A DNA stretch of 64,000 nt from Clostridia bacterium (GTDB lineage Bacteria > Bacillota > Clostridia > Oscillospirales > CAG-272), in NCBI GenBank assembly GCA_024404505.1, contig JAKSPU010000002.1, forward strand, positions 3,773 to 67,772. The letters are read 5' to 3'. Below the pieces are notes generated by a model that saw nothing but the letters and a program-made list of their open reading frames with translations, made no database searches and was not told the origin of the DNA. This document shows, piece by piece, positions 27,320-36,129 of the stretch (position 1 is the first letter of the stretch; each line of letters begins with the position of its first letter). A program made the position numbers and the translations under genes.

Positions 27320-28072
27320 TTACTCCCCGCTCCATTCGGACAGGGCGGTCTTGTCAGCGCCGGACAGCCGGTACGGCTCGCGCTTCTGCAGGTAATCGTA
27401 CACGGGCAGGGCACCGTACGCCTCTCCCTCGTCGTAGTGGACGTCGTTGACGTAGTATACGTCCATGAAGACGTACAGGATCGCGGGATCGCTCATGTCC
27501 ACGCCGTCAAAGACAAAGCGGCGGTAGTTGTACAGGCTTTTTTCCATGCCCGTATGAGACGTCGGCTGCACGCGGACGTATTTTACGCAAGCGGGGTCGT
27601 TGCTCTCGTTGTCGCTCTCGATGTCAGGCGTCAGGTCGTAAGCGATGAGCAGCGTCACGTCGTACAGCTCCTCGGTGCGGTCGGGCAGCTCAGGGAGGCT
27701 GTAATCCTCCGCGAGGTGCCGGATGGTCGAATTATTGTAGCGAAAGATGAGCTGCACCTGATCGCAATCCTCGATGAACAGCGCTCTGGGGCAGGCGAAG
27801 TAGCCCCGGCAGTGGTCGGCGCGCGTGATCGTGTCGAGATCGTTCCAGAAGACGGACAATTCCTTTCCGCTCTCCCCGGCGGTCTGATAGGCGGCAGCCA
27901 GCGCATCGTTCGGTGTGAGCGTGGACATCTCCTTGGGGACCCGTGCCGACAGCAGGCGCCAGAGCAGGATGCCGAAGGTGCCGATGACGAGCGTCAGCAG
28001 GATGCCACGGCCGATCCACCACAGGACGCCATGCTCCTCCTGATCGTATTCATCCTTCGTCATAGTTCTCAT
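27320..28072 (-). CDS. Membrane-anchored protein of unknown function
   Basis: One N-terminal TM helix (WWIGRGILLTLVIGTFGILLW). Start ATG overlaps the ruvX stop (ATGA). No domain recognised. Confidence 0.6.
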   Translation of the reverse strand: MRTMTKDEYDQEEHGVLWWIGRGILLTLVIGTFGILLWRLLSARVPKEMSTLTPNDALAAAYQTAGESGKELSVFWNDLDTITRADHCRGYFACPRALFIEDCDQVQLIFRYNNSTIRHLAEDYSLPELPDRTEELYDVTLLIAYDLTPDIESDNESNDPACVKYVRVQPTSHTGMEKSLYNYRRFVFDGVDMSDPAILYVFMDVYYVNDVHYDEGEAYGALPVYDYLQKREPYRLSGADKTALSEWSGE

Positions 28073-28554
28073 ACGTCGGTACCTCCTTCGATGTCGGGTT
28101 TCAGGAATTTCAGCTTATCCAGCGCGTTCTGCAGGATGATCTCCGCGGACAGCGTGTCGATCACACCCTTGCGTTTCTTGCCGCGCGTGTCCGTCTCGTT
28201 GAGGAAGCGGGAGGCGGCCATGGTCGTCATGCGCTCGTCCAGCATCACTACGGGAATGCTACCCTCCAGATGACGCTCGAGCAGACCCGCGAATTTCTCC
28301 GCGTGCTCGGCACGCGGCCCATGGGAGCCGTCCATATTGACGGGCAGCCCGACGACAACGCCGCATACCTGCCGCTCGCGGGCAACGGCGGCTACGTCCT
28401 CGGCGGTCTTCTGGATGCCGCCGCCGGACACCTGCCCGATGCCGGACGCCAGCGTCCGCGCTTCGTTGGACACGGCAAGGCCGGTCCTCTTGTCGCCGAA
28501 GTCCACGCCGAGGAGCTTTCCCTTGACGGACAGGAGTGTTTTCAGATCGTTCAT
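28069..28554 (-). CDS. ruvX: Holliday junction resolvase-like protein RuvX (YqgF)
   Basis: LLGVDFGDKRTGLAVS and GLPVNMDGSHGPRAE motifs. ATG 28554 preferred (AAGGAG 9 nt upstream). The listed start at 28578 is TTG. Confidence 0.85.
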   Translation of the reverse strand: MNDLKTLLSVKGKLLGVDFGDKRTGLAVSNEARTLASGIGQVSGGGIQKTAEDVAAVARERQVCGVVVGLPVNMDGSHGPRAEHAEKFAGLLERHLEGSIPVVMLDERMTTMAASRFLNETDTRGKKRKGVIDTLSAEIILQNALDKLKFLKPDIEGGTDV

Positions 28555-28574
28555 GTCGTTTTTCTCCTTGGGGA

Positions 28575-28922
28575 TCAATGCTTGCGCCGCGGCTCACGGC
28601 CGCAGGCAGTCAGACGGATGAGCAGTTCCATATTGTCCGGCTGGTCCGGCGCCTCATGCGCCGACCGGCAGCGGCGGATCTCACCGCAGGTCTGGCAACG
28701 GTAGACGATGATGAAGCCCTTCTTGGGGTCCGGCTCGCAGGAGATCGGCTCCAGAGCGCCGCCGCAGGGGTTGGCGCGGTCGCCGGGATTGATATCCACG
28801 TGGCGGGACCACAGGCAGAAGGGGCAGTGGTTGCGCGAGGAGTACCCCAACGGCCTGACCTCTTTCCCGCAGTGGATGCAGACAAAGCCGTCATCGTTTT
28901 TGGCAAATCGTTTCTGTTCCAT
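28575..28922 (-). CDS. RNHCP domain-containing zinc-ribbon protein
   Basis: Literal motif SRNHCPFC plus CIHCG and CQTCG Cys pairs. Start is uncertain, at 28922 or 28958. Confidence 0.7.
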   Translation of the reverse strand: MEQKRFAKNDDGFVCIHCGKEVRPLGYSSRNHCPFCLWSRHVDINPGDRANPCGGALEPISCEPDPKKGFIIVYRCQTCGEIRRCRSAHEAPDQPDNMELLIRLTACGREPRRKH

Positions 28923-28947
28923 AGTTCTTTTATTCTGTGCTTGCTGA

Positions 28948-31122
28948 TTACATTCCATACCCGTTCCGGGCGCGGGGCTTCTGATAGTAGGCTTCGAGGA
29001 TCCGGCAGGAGGTCATCGCCGCGTAGGAGCCGCCTCCGGCGCGCTCGATGACGGAGACGACCACGATGTCGGGATCCCGGGAGGGAGCGCAGCAGACGAA
29101 CAGACCGTTGTCGGTCAGTTTGCCGCCGGTCTGCGCGGTACCGGTCTTGCCCGCGACCGTCACCGGTACGTTCGTGAGGTACCGGGAAATGGAGGCGGTA
29201 TCGGTCACGACCTGCTCCATGCCGGTGATGATCTCGTTCAGGTACACCTGATCGATCTGCATGGAGTCAACTACCGCGGGGGCCTTGACCAGCACGTCCT
29301 GCCGCGTGGTGAAATCGCGGACGCGGGACAAAAGGTGCGCCTCGTAGCGCGTCCCGCCGTTGACGATCGTGGAAATGTACATACCGAGCTGGAGGGGCGT
29401 GAATACGTTCTCGGATTGTCCGATCGCGGCGGCGATGGTGTCGGTCGGCTGCCAATCCACGCCGTGCGACAGCTCACGGTACGCCGGACCGGCCAGAATG
29501 CCCGTGGATTCGGGCAGCTCGATGCCCGTATGCTCCCCGAGCCCGTACAGTTTGCAGTAGCGGTTCATCAGCGTGATGCCGAGCCGGCGGCCCGTCTCGT
29601 AGAAGAAGCAGTTGCAGGATACGCGGACCGCCTCGCGGACCGTGATCGCGCCGTGCTTGTGTACGGCGCTTGTCGTGCTGTTGTAGATCCAGCAGTCGGG
29701 CTGGTAGCTCTGATAGTAGGTGTAAACGCCGTCGCAATCGAGCAGCGTATCCGGCGTCAGGACGCCTTCCGTCATCGCGGCGACGGCTACGCCGGGCTTG
29801 AAGGTCGAGCCGGGCGCGTACTGCCCGGACAGCGCACGGTTGTACAGCGGCAGGGCGTCATTGGCGGCCAGACTGTTGTACTGCTCGTTGAACGTGGATA
29901 GGTCATAGGTCGGATAGGAGGCGATGGCGAGGATCTCGCCCGTTTTGGGGTCTACGGCGACAGCCGCGCCGGACTTGCAGTCCGTGCGGTTGAAGGAGGA
30001 GCGGATATAGTTAACGTTCTCCGCCAGCGCGTTTTCCGCGGCGATCTGAACGTCGATGTCGATGGTCAGGTAGACGTCCTGTCCGGCAACAGGCTCGGTT
30101 TTCCAATACTCGTCCACGATCCTGCCGGATCTGTCCTCGACGATGACGCGGATGCCGTCCTGACCGTGCAGTATGGATTCAAAGGCGGCCTCGACGCCGG
30201 AGATGCCGACCGTGGCGTTCATGTTGTAGCCAAGTTCCTTGTAGGCCGGCCAATCCTCGGCGTAGATAGGTCCGGTCTGACCGAGGATATGCGAGGCATA
30301 GCCGGGGTACGCGTACACGCGCTTGGCAGTCAGGCGGAAGGAGGATCCGGGGACGCCCCACTCGCGGACGCAGGTGATCGTGTCCATGGACACGTCGGAC
30401 GCAAGGATATAGTCGTTCGCCTTGGAGAAGCCGGTGGCGGCCATGCCCCACAGGACGCGGAGCAGGCGGTCGATTTGCTCGTCGGAGAACACGCGCTCCC
30501 CGTCGACTTCGGCTGTCAACTCGTACTTGTCCTCAAAGTAGGCCGTGAGCTGCTGCGCCGTCACGTATTGCAGCGGGTCCGCGTCAAACATCGCTTCGGC
30601 CTTGTCGCGTCCGACGCCCTTGTTGACGCGGATGCGTTTGATCGCCGTGGCCCGCACGCCGGTGCTTTCCAGCACGGCGGCCAGCGTGGCGCGCTCCTTG
30701 GTATCGGGCAACCCGACGCCGACCGAGTACTCAAGGTAGGGGTACACACCCTCAAAGGGATAGCGGTCGTTGCACAGCCTGCCGGCTTCGCCGCGCGAGG
30801 TGACGATGCTGAGCGCGTCGAGAATGGCGCGGTCAAAGGTGATCATATCCTTCGGCATGACGGCGTAGTCGAAGGTCAGGTCGTAGACGTAGCGGTTGGT
30901 GACGATGGGCGTGCCGTTCCGGTCGTAGATCTCACCGCGGACCGCCTGCACGATCTCGGTGCGGGTGGTCGTGCCGTCCTGCTTATGTCCGCGGATATTC
31001 TCACTGTTGAGCTGGAGGACGCCCAGCCGGATGACATAGACAAGGCAGACCAGCAGAAACGCGGCGCCGAGTCCGTACAGACGTATGACGCGCCGCTGCG
31101 CGCTGCGTTTGTTTGCGTCCAT
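28948..31122 (-). CDS. Penicillin-binding protein 2 (class B transpeptidase)
   Basis: N-terminal TM anchor plus STFKP, SCN and KTGTA active-site motifs. RBS is AAGGAGG. Confidence 0.9.
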   Translation of the reverse strand: MDANKRSAQRRVIRLYGLGAAFLLVCLVYVIRLGVLQLNSENIRGHKQDGTTTRTEIVQAVRGEIYDRNGTPIVTNRYVYDLTFDYAVMPKDMITFDRAILDALSIVTSRGEAGRLCNDRYPFEGVYPYLEYSVGVGLPDTKERATLAAVLESTGVRATAIKRIRVNKGVGRDKAEAMFDADPLQYVTAQQLTAYFEDKYELTAEVDGERVFSDEQIDRLLRVLWGMAATGFSKANDYILASDVSMDTITCVREWGVPGSSFRLTAKRVYAYPGYASHILGQTGPIYAEDWPAYKELGYNMNATVGISGVEAAFESILHGQDGIRVIVEDRSGRIVDEYWKTEPVAGQDVYLTIDIDVQIAAENALAENVNYIRSSFNRTDCKSGAAVAVDPKTGEILAIASYPTYDLSTFNEQYNSLAANDALPLYNRALSGQYAPGSTFKPGVAVAAMTEGVLTPDTLLDCDGVYTYYQSYQPDCWIYNSTTSAVHKHGAITVREAVRVSCNCFFYETGRRLGITLMNRYCKLYGLGEHTGIELPESTGILAGPAYRELSHGVDWQPTDTIAAAIGQSENVFTPLQLGMYISTIVNGGTRYEAHLLSRVRDFTTRQDVLVKAPAVVDSMQIDQVYLNEIITGMEQVVTDTASISRYLTNVPVTVAGKTGTAQTGGKLTDNGLFVCCAPSRDPDIVVVSVIERAGGGSYAAMTSCRILEAYYQKPRARNGYGM

Positions 31123-31167
31123 GGCGGGGACCTCCTTTCACGACAGCGGTATCAGGATAGGGATGCG

Positions 31168-32286
31168 TTACATCATGATGAGCGAAAAGACGGTCAGACC
31201 AAGGCAAAGCACGATGAACAGCAGGACACCGGCATTGAGGTACATGACGCTCGCGGTCTCCCCTCTCGTAAGGCTCTGCGTGCCGCGGCTGAGCTTGCGC
31301 TTGCGGAACAGGACGATGGTCAGCACGACGGACGCGATGAGCGCCGCGTATATCATCATGGTGTACAGGAAATAGACCAGCATACCGAGCGGGTTGGCCT
31401 GCAGCAGCTCCATGAGCGTCTCGGGCGATTCAAGCGCCTCCTCGCCGATGAGGGAGATCATCAGCTTGGACAGCACGCCGCCCACGAAGTTCCCGGCTGC
31501 ATGGAGCGATACGGACAGCCAATACTTGCCGGTGCGCGTGTAGACGTAAGCAAGGATCAGACCGATCAGGAAGGTGTAGATCAGCTGGAAGAAATTGCGG
31601 TGGAACAGCGCAAACATGGCGGCGGACAGAAGGATCGCGGCCGTATCGCCGTACTGACGGGTGCGGTCGATGAGCAGCTTGCGGAACATGAATTCCTCGC
31701 CGATCGGCGCGATGACGACCGTAGCAAGGAAGATCAGCCAGAGCGGAGCGTCTGCCGTCATGGATTGCAGGATATCGGCATAATCCTTGCCGGTGATGGC
31801 GGACAGCAGGTTCATGAGTCCGTTGCTGATCAGGCTGCCGATATACAGGTATCCGACGCAGATGATGAACAGCACGATCCACCAGCCGAAGTGGAAGCGG
31901 GGCTTTTTGACCTCGACACCGCGGAACGGGTAGGTCTCGTTGTGCGGGGCGGCGGGAATGGCCTTCAGGATGAGCAGCATACAAGGCAGGGCAATGGCGT
32001 ACAGGGGAACGAGGGACAGCGCCCAATCGAACCACCACGTCGTGAGCAGCTCGGGCTTGAGAAGAAGGGCAAGGTAGGAGAAGCCGTATCCGCAGGCGGT
32101 GAAAAGCACCGCGAGCAGGGAGAAGCCGAGTCCCACGCGGGTCATGTACGCGCGGTGCGCGGACAGGGGCAGCTTGGGGAAAACAGGCTCGGCTTGGGCC
32201 GATGTCTCGACGGTCTCCGGCGTTTCGGCCAGGTAGTAGACGGAGCTGTCCTGCTTTTCGGGATTTTCAGGCTCGTAAGGATTCAT
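31168..32286 (-). CDS. CPBP family intramembrane glutamic endopeptidase (CAAX-protease-like)
   Basis: Motifs GEEFMFR, FALFH and HAAGNF in a multi-pass membrane protein. RBS is AAGGAG. Confidence 0.85.
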   Translation of the reverse strand: MNPYEPENPEKQDSSVYYLAETPETVETSAQAEPVFPKLPLSAHRAYMTRVGLGFSLLAVLFTACGYGFSYLALLLKPELLTTWWFDWALSLVPLYAIALPCMLLILKAIPAAPHNETYPFRGVEVKKPRFHFGWWIVLFIICVGYLYIGSLISNGLMNLLSAITGKDYADILQSMTADAPLWLIFLATVVIAPIGEEFMFRKLLIDRTRQYGDTAAILLSAAMFALFHRNFFQLIYTFLIGLILAYVYTRTGKYWLSVSLHAAGNFVGGVLSKLMISLIGEEALESPETLMELLQANPLGMLVYFLYTMMIYAALIASVVLTIVLFRKRKLSRGTQSLTRGETASVMYLNAGVLLFIVLCLGLTVFSLIMM

Positions 32287-32318
32287 GATATACTCCTTTC
32301 AGATGCGGGGACGGCGGA

Positions 32319-33344
32319 TCAGAAGAGTCTGCCGAGCAGGCGGCCGGACAGATTCAACTCTCCGCCCCAGAGAGAGGGCGTGCGGATGATGCGGTTGAGG
32401 CCGTTGATCACGCAGTCCAGCGGGTCCTTCGCCACGGTGACGCGCAGACCCGTGCAGCGGCTGATGGCAGCCGCCATGCCGGGGATCACGGCGCACCCGC
32501 CGGTGAGCATGAGGCCGTAGTTATGGATGTCGGCGGAGATCTCAGGCTGGACGCCCTCCAGCGTGAGCAGCGCGATGCGGGCTATGTTTTCGATGGACGG
32601 TGTGATCGCCTCACAGATCTCCCGCGAGCTGACGTTGAGCGCCGCGGCCAGTCCCTCGTCGGATTTCAAGCCGCAGACGGTCATGCTGCCGCGGTCGAGG
32701 CGGGGATCGGCGGAGCCGATCTTCACTTTGAGTGCCTCCCCCGCGGAGTCTGAAATGCGGAGGTGGCGGCGGTTGAGCATATAACTGACGATGGCGACGT
32801 CCAGCCGTTCGCCTGCCATGCGGGCGCTGAGTGCGTTGACGATGCCGCAGGAGCTGATGACGGCTGCCTCGGTGATGCCGCCGCCGATGTTGAGGACCAT
32901 GCAGCCCTGCGGCGACGTGACCCGCAGCCCGGCCCCGACCGCGGCGGCAAAGATCGCGGGGACCTGCGGCACGTCGCGGGCGCCGGCCTCCAGCACGGCG
33001 TTTTCCGCGGCCAGCTTCTCGACCTCGGTGATGCGGTACGGAGTGGCAAGCAGCACGACGGGCTTGTAGAAGGTGGAGCGCAGCTTCTTCTGCGTGAAGT
33101 ACGAATCCAGCATGAGCGCCGTGACCTCAAAGTCGGAGACGACGCCGTCCTTGATCGGCCGGTAAGCCAGAATGCCCTCGGACGTTTTGCCTATCATCCG
33201 GCGGGCCTCGGCGCCCACGGCGATCACCTCGTGGGTCTGGCTGTCAATGGCAGCCGCCGACGGACGGCGCAGGATCACGCCCTCCTCGGGCGTACAGATC
33301 CGGGTATACGCGGTCCCCAGATCAAGACCGATACAACGAGCCAC
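32319..33344 (-). CDS. mreB: Rod shape-determining protein MreB
   Basis: Actin-fold start IGLDLGTAYTRI. GTG 33344 chosen (6 nt after GGAGG) because the listed TTG 33350 abuts the RBS. Confidence 0.9.
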   Translation of the reverse strand: MARCIGLDLGTAYTRICTPEEGVILRRPSAAAIDSQTHEVIAVGAEARRMIGKTSEGILAYRPIKDGVVSDFEVTALMLDSYFTQKKLRSTFYKPVVLLATPYRITEVEKLAAENAVLEAGARDVPQVPAIFAAAVGAGLRVTSPQGCMVLNIGGGITEAAVISSCGIVNALSARMAGERLDVAIVSYMLNRRHLRISDSAGEALKVKIGSADPRLDRGSMTVCGLKSDEGLAAALNVSSREICEAITPSIENIARIALLTLEGVQPEISADIHNYGLMLTGGCAVIPGMAAAISRCTGLRVTVAKDPLDCVINGLNRIIRTPSLWGGELNLSGRLLGRLF

Positions 33345-33389
33345 GGGCAACCTCCTTTCCCGGCTGTGGGCCGGAATGTCGATGCGGAT

Positions 33390-33974
33390 TTATAACATGA
33401 TGCCGAATTCCTGCCTGATCGTGGTCAGCAGCCTGTGCACGGGCAGACCGACGACGTTGAAGTAGTCGCCGCGGATGCCGACGATATACCGGGATGCCTG
33501 CCCCTGAATGGCGTATCCGCCGGCTTTCCCGAAGGGCTCGCCGGTGGCGACGTAGGATTCGATCTCCTCCTCGGTCATGGGGGCGAATTCCACCTCGGTG
33601 ATCTCGGCAGAGGTCACCATGCGGCCCCGGTACCAGACCGCGACACCGGAGGAAACGGTGTGCGTGGTCCCGGCCAGCGCCCGGATCATGCGGACGGCGT
33701 CCTCGCGGTCGGCGGGCTTGCCGAGGAACTGCCCGTTCAGCACGACCAGCGTATCGGACGCGAGGATCATGGTGTCGTTGTCCAGCGTTCCCTCGGACGC
33801 CATGACGTCCCGGACCGCCGCGCACTTGCGCGCGGCAATGGCGGACACGCGTCCGGCGGGGTCTGTGAGGTCACAGGTCTCGTCGGCCTCGGAGGTGCGG
33901 ACGGTGAAGGGGATATCGAGAGCCGACAGAATCTCCCGGCGGCGCGGGGACCCGGAGGCAAGGATGAGTTTCAT
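33390..33974 (-). CDS. maf: Maf-like nucleoside triphosphate pyrophosphatase (septum formation protein)
   Basis: MKLILASGSPRRREIL signature; 194 aa. Confidence 0.9.
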   Translation of the reverse strand: MKLILASGSPRRREILSALDIPFTVRTSEADETCDLTDPAGRVSAIAARKCAAVRDVMASEGTLDNDTMILASDTLVVLNGQFLGKPADREDAVRMIRALAGTTHTVSSGVAVWYRGRMVTSAEITEVEFAPMTEEEIESYVATGEPFGKAGGYAIQGQASRYIVGIRGDYFNVVGLPVHRLLTTIRQEFGIML

Positions 33975-34028
33975 AGCGGCAAGTCCTCCCGGGGCAACAC
34001 CGATACTGCCCCATTATCAGAATACTAT

Positions 34029-34057
34029 ATTATATCATAAAATCCGCCCCGTGGCAA
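34029..34057 (-). promoter_or_regulatory. Sigma-A-type promoter of the maf-mreB operon
   Basis: Minus strand reads TTGCCA, 17-nt spacer, TGa-TATAAT. Confidence 0.6.
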
Positions 34058-34181
34058 GGGCTTTTTCCGTTTTTTCACACGTTTCCGAAAAAGTTACACT
34101 TGGCGCACGGGCGGGCGGGCATCCTGCTCCCCGGTGCTGCGGACGTTTCCGGCGTTTCCGCGCCAAACACAGCGGCGATCA

Positions 34182-34210
34182 TTGACAAACACACCGGCGT
34201 ATGCTATAAT
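34182..34210 (+). promoter_or_regulatory. Sigma-A-type promoter of rarA
   Basis: TTGACA, 17-nt spacer, TGc-TATAAT, ~50 nt upstream of the ATG. Confidence 0.7.
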
Positions 34211-34261
34211 GGATGTATCCCCGTAATGTCCGGAAAACGCCACTTTCAATAGGAGGCACAC

Positions 34262-35491
34262 ATGGTACAATCACCCTTGGCGGACGCGATCCGACCGAAG
34301 AATATGAACGAGATCGTCGGCCAGCAGCACCTGTTCGGTCCGTCCGGTGTCCTGCGCCGCATGGTCGAGGCGGGACGCGTCACGAATATGATCTTTTTCG
34401 GCCCGCCCGGGACCGGCAAGACGACCGCCGCGTCTGTCATCGCGGCCATGTCGGGCATGACCTTCCGCAAGCTGAACGCCACGACTGCGTCCCTGCAGGA
34501 TGTGAAGGATATTCTGTCCGAGACGGAGGGGATGTTCGGCACGAACGGGATCCTGCTCTACCTTGACGAGATCCAGTATTTCAATCGCAAGCAGCAGCAA
34601 TCCCTGCTGGAGTACATGGAGGACGGCCGCATCACGCTGATCGCGTCCACGACCGAGAATCCGCATTTTTACGTCTACAACGCCATCATATCGCGGTCTT
34701 CGCTGTTCGAGTTCAAGCCGGTCGCGCCGCGGGACGTGCTGATCTCTTTGAACCGCGCGCTGGCATGGCTGAACGAGCAGGGCGGGACGTCCACGGTCCT
34801 GCCGGAGAAGGTCGGTCTTGCGCTGGCCGAGGGGGCGGGCGGTGACGTCCGCCGGGCGGTCGGTCTGCTGGAGAACGCCTACTACGCCACGGGCTTCGAG
34901 CCGGATGCCGTGATCACGCTCGAGTGTGTTTCCGCCTTTGACGCCGGTGTCGGCAACTTCAGCGATGACGTCCACTACGATCTGCTCGGGTGTCTGCAGA
35001 AGTCCATCCGCGGCTCGGATCCGGATGCCGCCGCCTTCTATGTTGCCAAGATGCTCGCGCTCGGTGAGATGTTCTCGCTTTGCCGCCGTCTGCAGGTCAT
35101 TGCATCCGAGGATATCGGGCTGGCCTACCCGCAGGCTGCCGCGATCGTCCGCGCCTGCTGCGAGTCCGCGCGGGAGCTGGGGATGCCGGAGGCGCAGATC
35201 CCGCTGATCCACGCGGCTATGCTGCTCGCCACGTCGCCGAAGTCCAACTCCGCTTACAACGCCCTGCACGCGGCCATGGCCGACGTCGAGGCCGGGCGCG
35301 GTGCCCGCATCCCGGAGCATCTGCAAAGCCCTTTGTTCAAGGGCTACAAGTACCCCCACGACTACGAAAATCACTGGGTCGACCAGCAGTACCTGCCCGA
35401 CGACCTCAAGGACCGCACTTACTACGTCCCCGGCCCCAACAAGACCGAGCAGGCCGCCGCGGCGTATTGGGATGCAATAAAAAAGAAATAG
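34262..35491 (+). CDS. rarA: Replication-associated recombination protein A (AAA+ ATPase)
   Basis: Walker A FFGPPGTGKTT, Walker B LYLDEIQ, and a MgsA C-terminal domain (HLQSPLFKGYKYPHDY). Confidence 0.92.
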   Translation: MVQSPLADAIRPKNMNEIVGQQHLFGPSGVLRRMVEAGRVTNMIFFGPPGTGKTTAASVIAAMSGMTFRKLNATTASLQDVKDILSETEGMFGTNGILLYLDEIQYFNRKQQQSLLEYMEDGRITLIASTTENPHFYVYNAIISRSSLFEFKPVAPRDVLISLNRALAWLNEQGGTSTVLPEKVGLALAEGAGGDVRRAVGLLENAYYATGFEPDAVITLECVSAFDAGVGNFSDDVHYDLLGCLQKSIRGSDPDAAAFYVAKMLALGEMFSLCRRLQVIASEDIGLAYPQAAAIVRACCESARELGMPEAQIPLIHAAMLLATSPKSNSAYNALHAAMADVEAGRGARIPEHLQSPLFKGYKYPHDYENHWVDQQYLPDDLKDRTYYVPGPNKTEQAAAAYWDAIKKK

Positions 35492-35649
35492 GGGAGCGTG
35501 CGGGGCGCTGCCCCACACCCCGGGACGCGCTTGCGGGGCTCTGCCCCGCGCCCCGCTCAAGGACTTCTTGAAAGAAGTCCTTGAGAATCTCAAGAACTTT
35601 TATACAAGGATAAGAATTGGCTGAGGTTCAGTTTACGCCAAACGAGATC

Positions 35650-35680
35650 GGTGGGTGCCGTTATGGGCGCCCACCTTTTT
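35650..35680 (+). terminator. Intrinsic terminator (shared repeat module) after rarA
   Basis: GGTGGGTGCC-GTTATG-GGCGCCCACC followed by TTTTT. Confidence 0.8.
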
Positions 35681-35945
35681 AGGTACCATCGCGCAACGCG
35701 CGGTGGTACCTTAACGCCCACGCGGGCCCCGCTCGTGATCGGGCAGATGGCATCTGCCCGATCCGTGCAAACCCGAGGGAACGCCTCGCGCGTTCCGCGA
35801 TTGGGGACCCACCCCCCGGCCCCCTCCCGTGCGCGGGAGGGGATAGGGGAGGTAGGTCCCCGAGCGCCGGAGGCACGAGGACTCTTGCCCGCAGGCGCTC
35901 GGTCCCCTCTTCCGAGCGAGGATAGGGCCCCCGCGATTGCGTTTC

Positions 35946-35978
35946 AAAAAAGGTGGGCGCCCATGACGGCACCCACCT
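35946..35978 (-). terminator. Intrinsic terminator (shared repeat module) after lysC
   Basis: Minus strand reads AGGTGGGTGCC-GTCAT-GGGCGCCCACCT followed by TTTTTT. Confidence 0.8.
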
Positions 35979-36129
35979 GTCTTGTTCGGCGTAAACCAAA
36001 CTCTCGTTTATTCATTGCCCAAAAAGTTCTTGGGATTCTTAAACCCTTCTTTCAAGAAGGGTTTAAGCGGGGTCCGGGGCGGAGCCCCGCGCGTCCCTTG
36101 GGGTCCGGGGCAGAGCCCCGCGCGTCCCT

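Larger units (their letters stand above)
35502..36119. repeat. Composite intergenic repeat, copy 4 (largest; two full inverted units plus extra hairpin modules)
   Basis: The forward unit spans 35502-35680. The inverted unit spans 35946-36119, with GGGGC(G/A)GAGCCCC at 36076 and 36107 and a hairpin at 36038-36067. The centre holds extra hairpins at 35681-35711, 35737-35763 and 35821-35842. Confidence 0.85.

Noticed and set aside
35556-35620. Apparent conserved peptide (LKDFLKEVLENLKNFYT / LKPFLKEGFKDPKNFL / KPFLKEGLAPKNFH) translated from the intergenic repeats
   Set aside because: The conservation is explained at nucleotide level by a palindromic hairpin whose arms change in a compensatory way. 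The frames have no consistent start codon or RBS. The element occurs in both orientations, yielding equally open frames on either strand.
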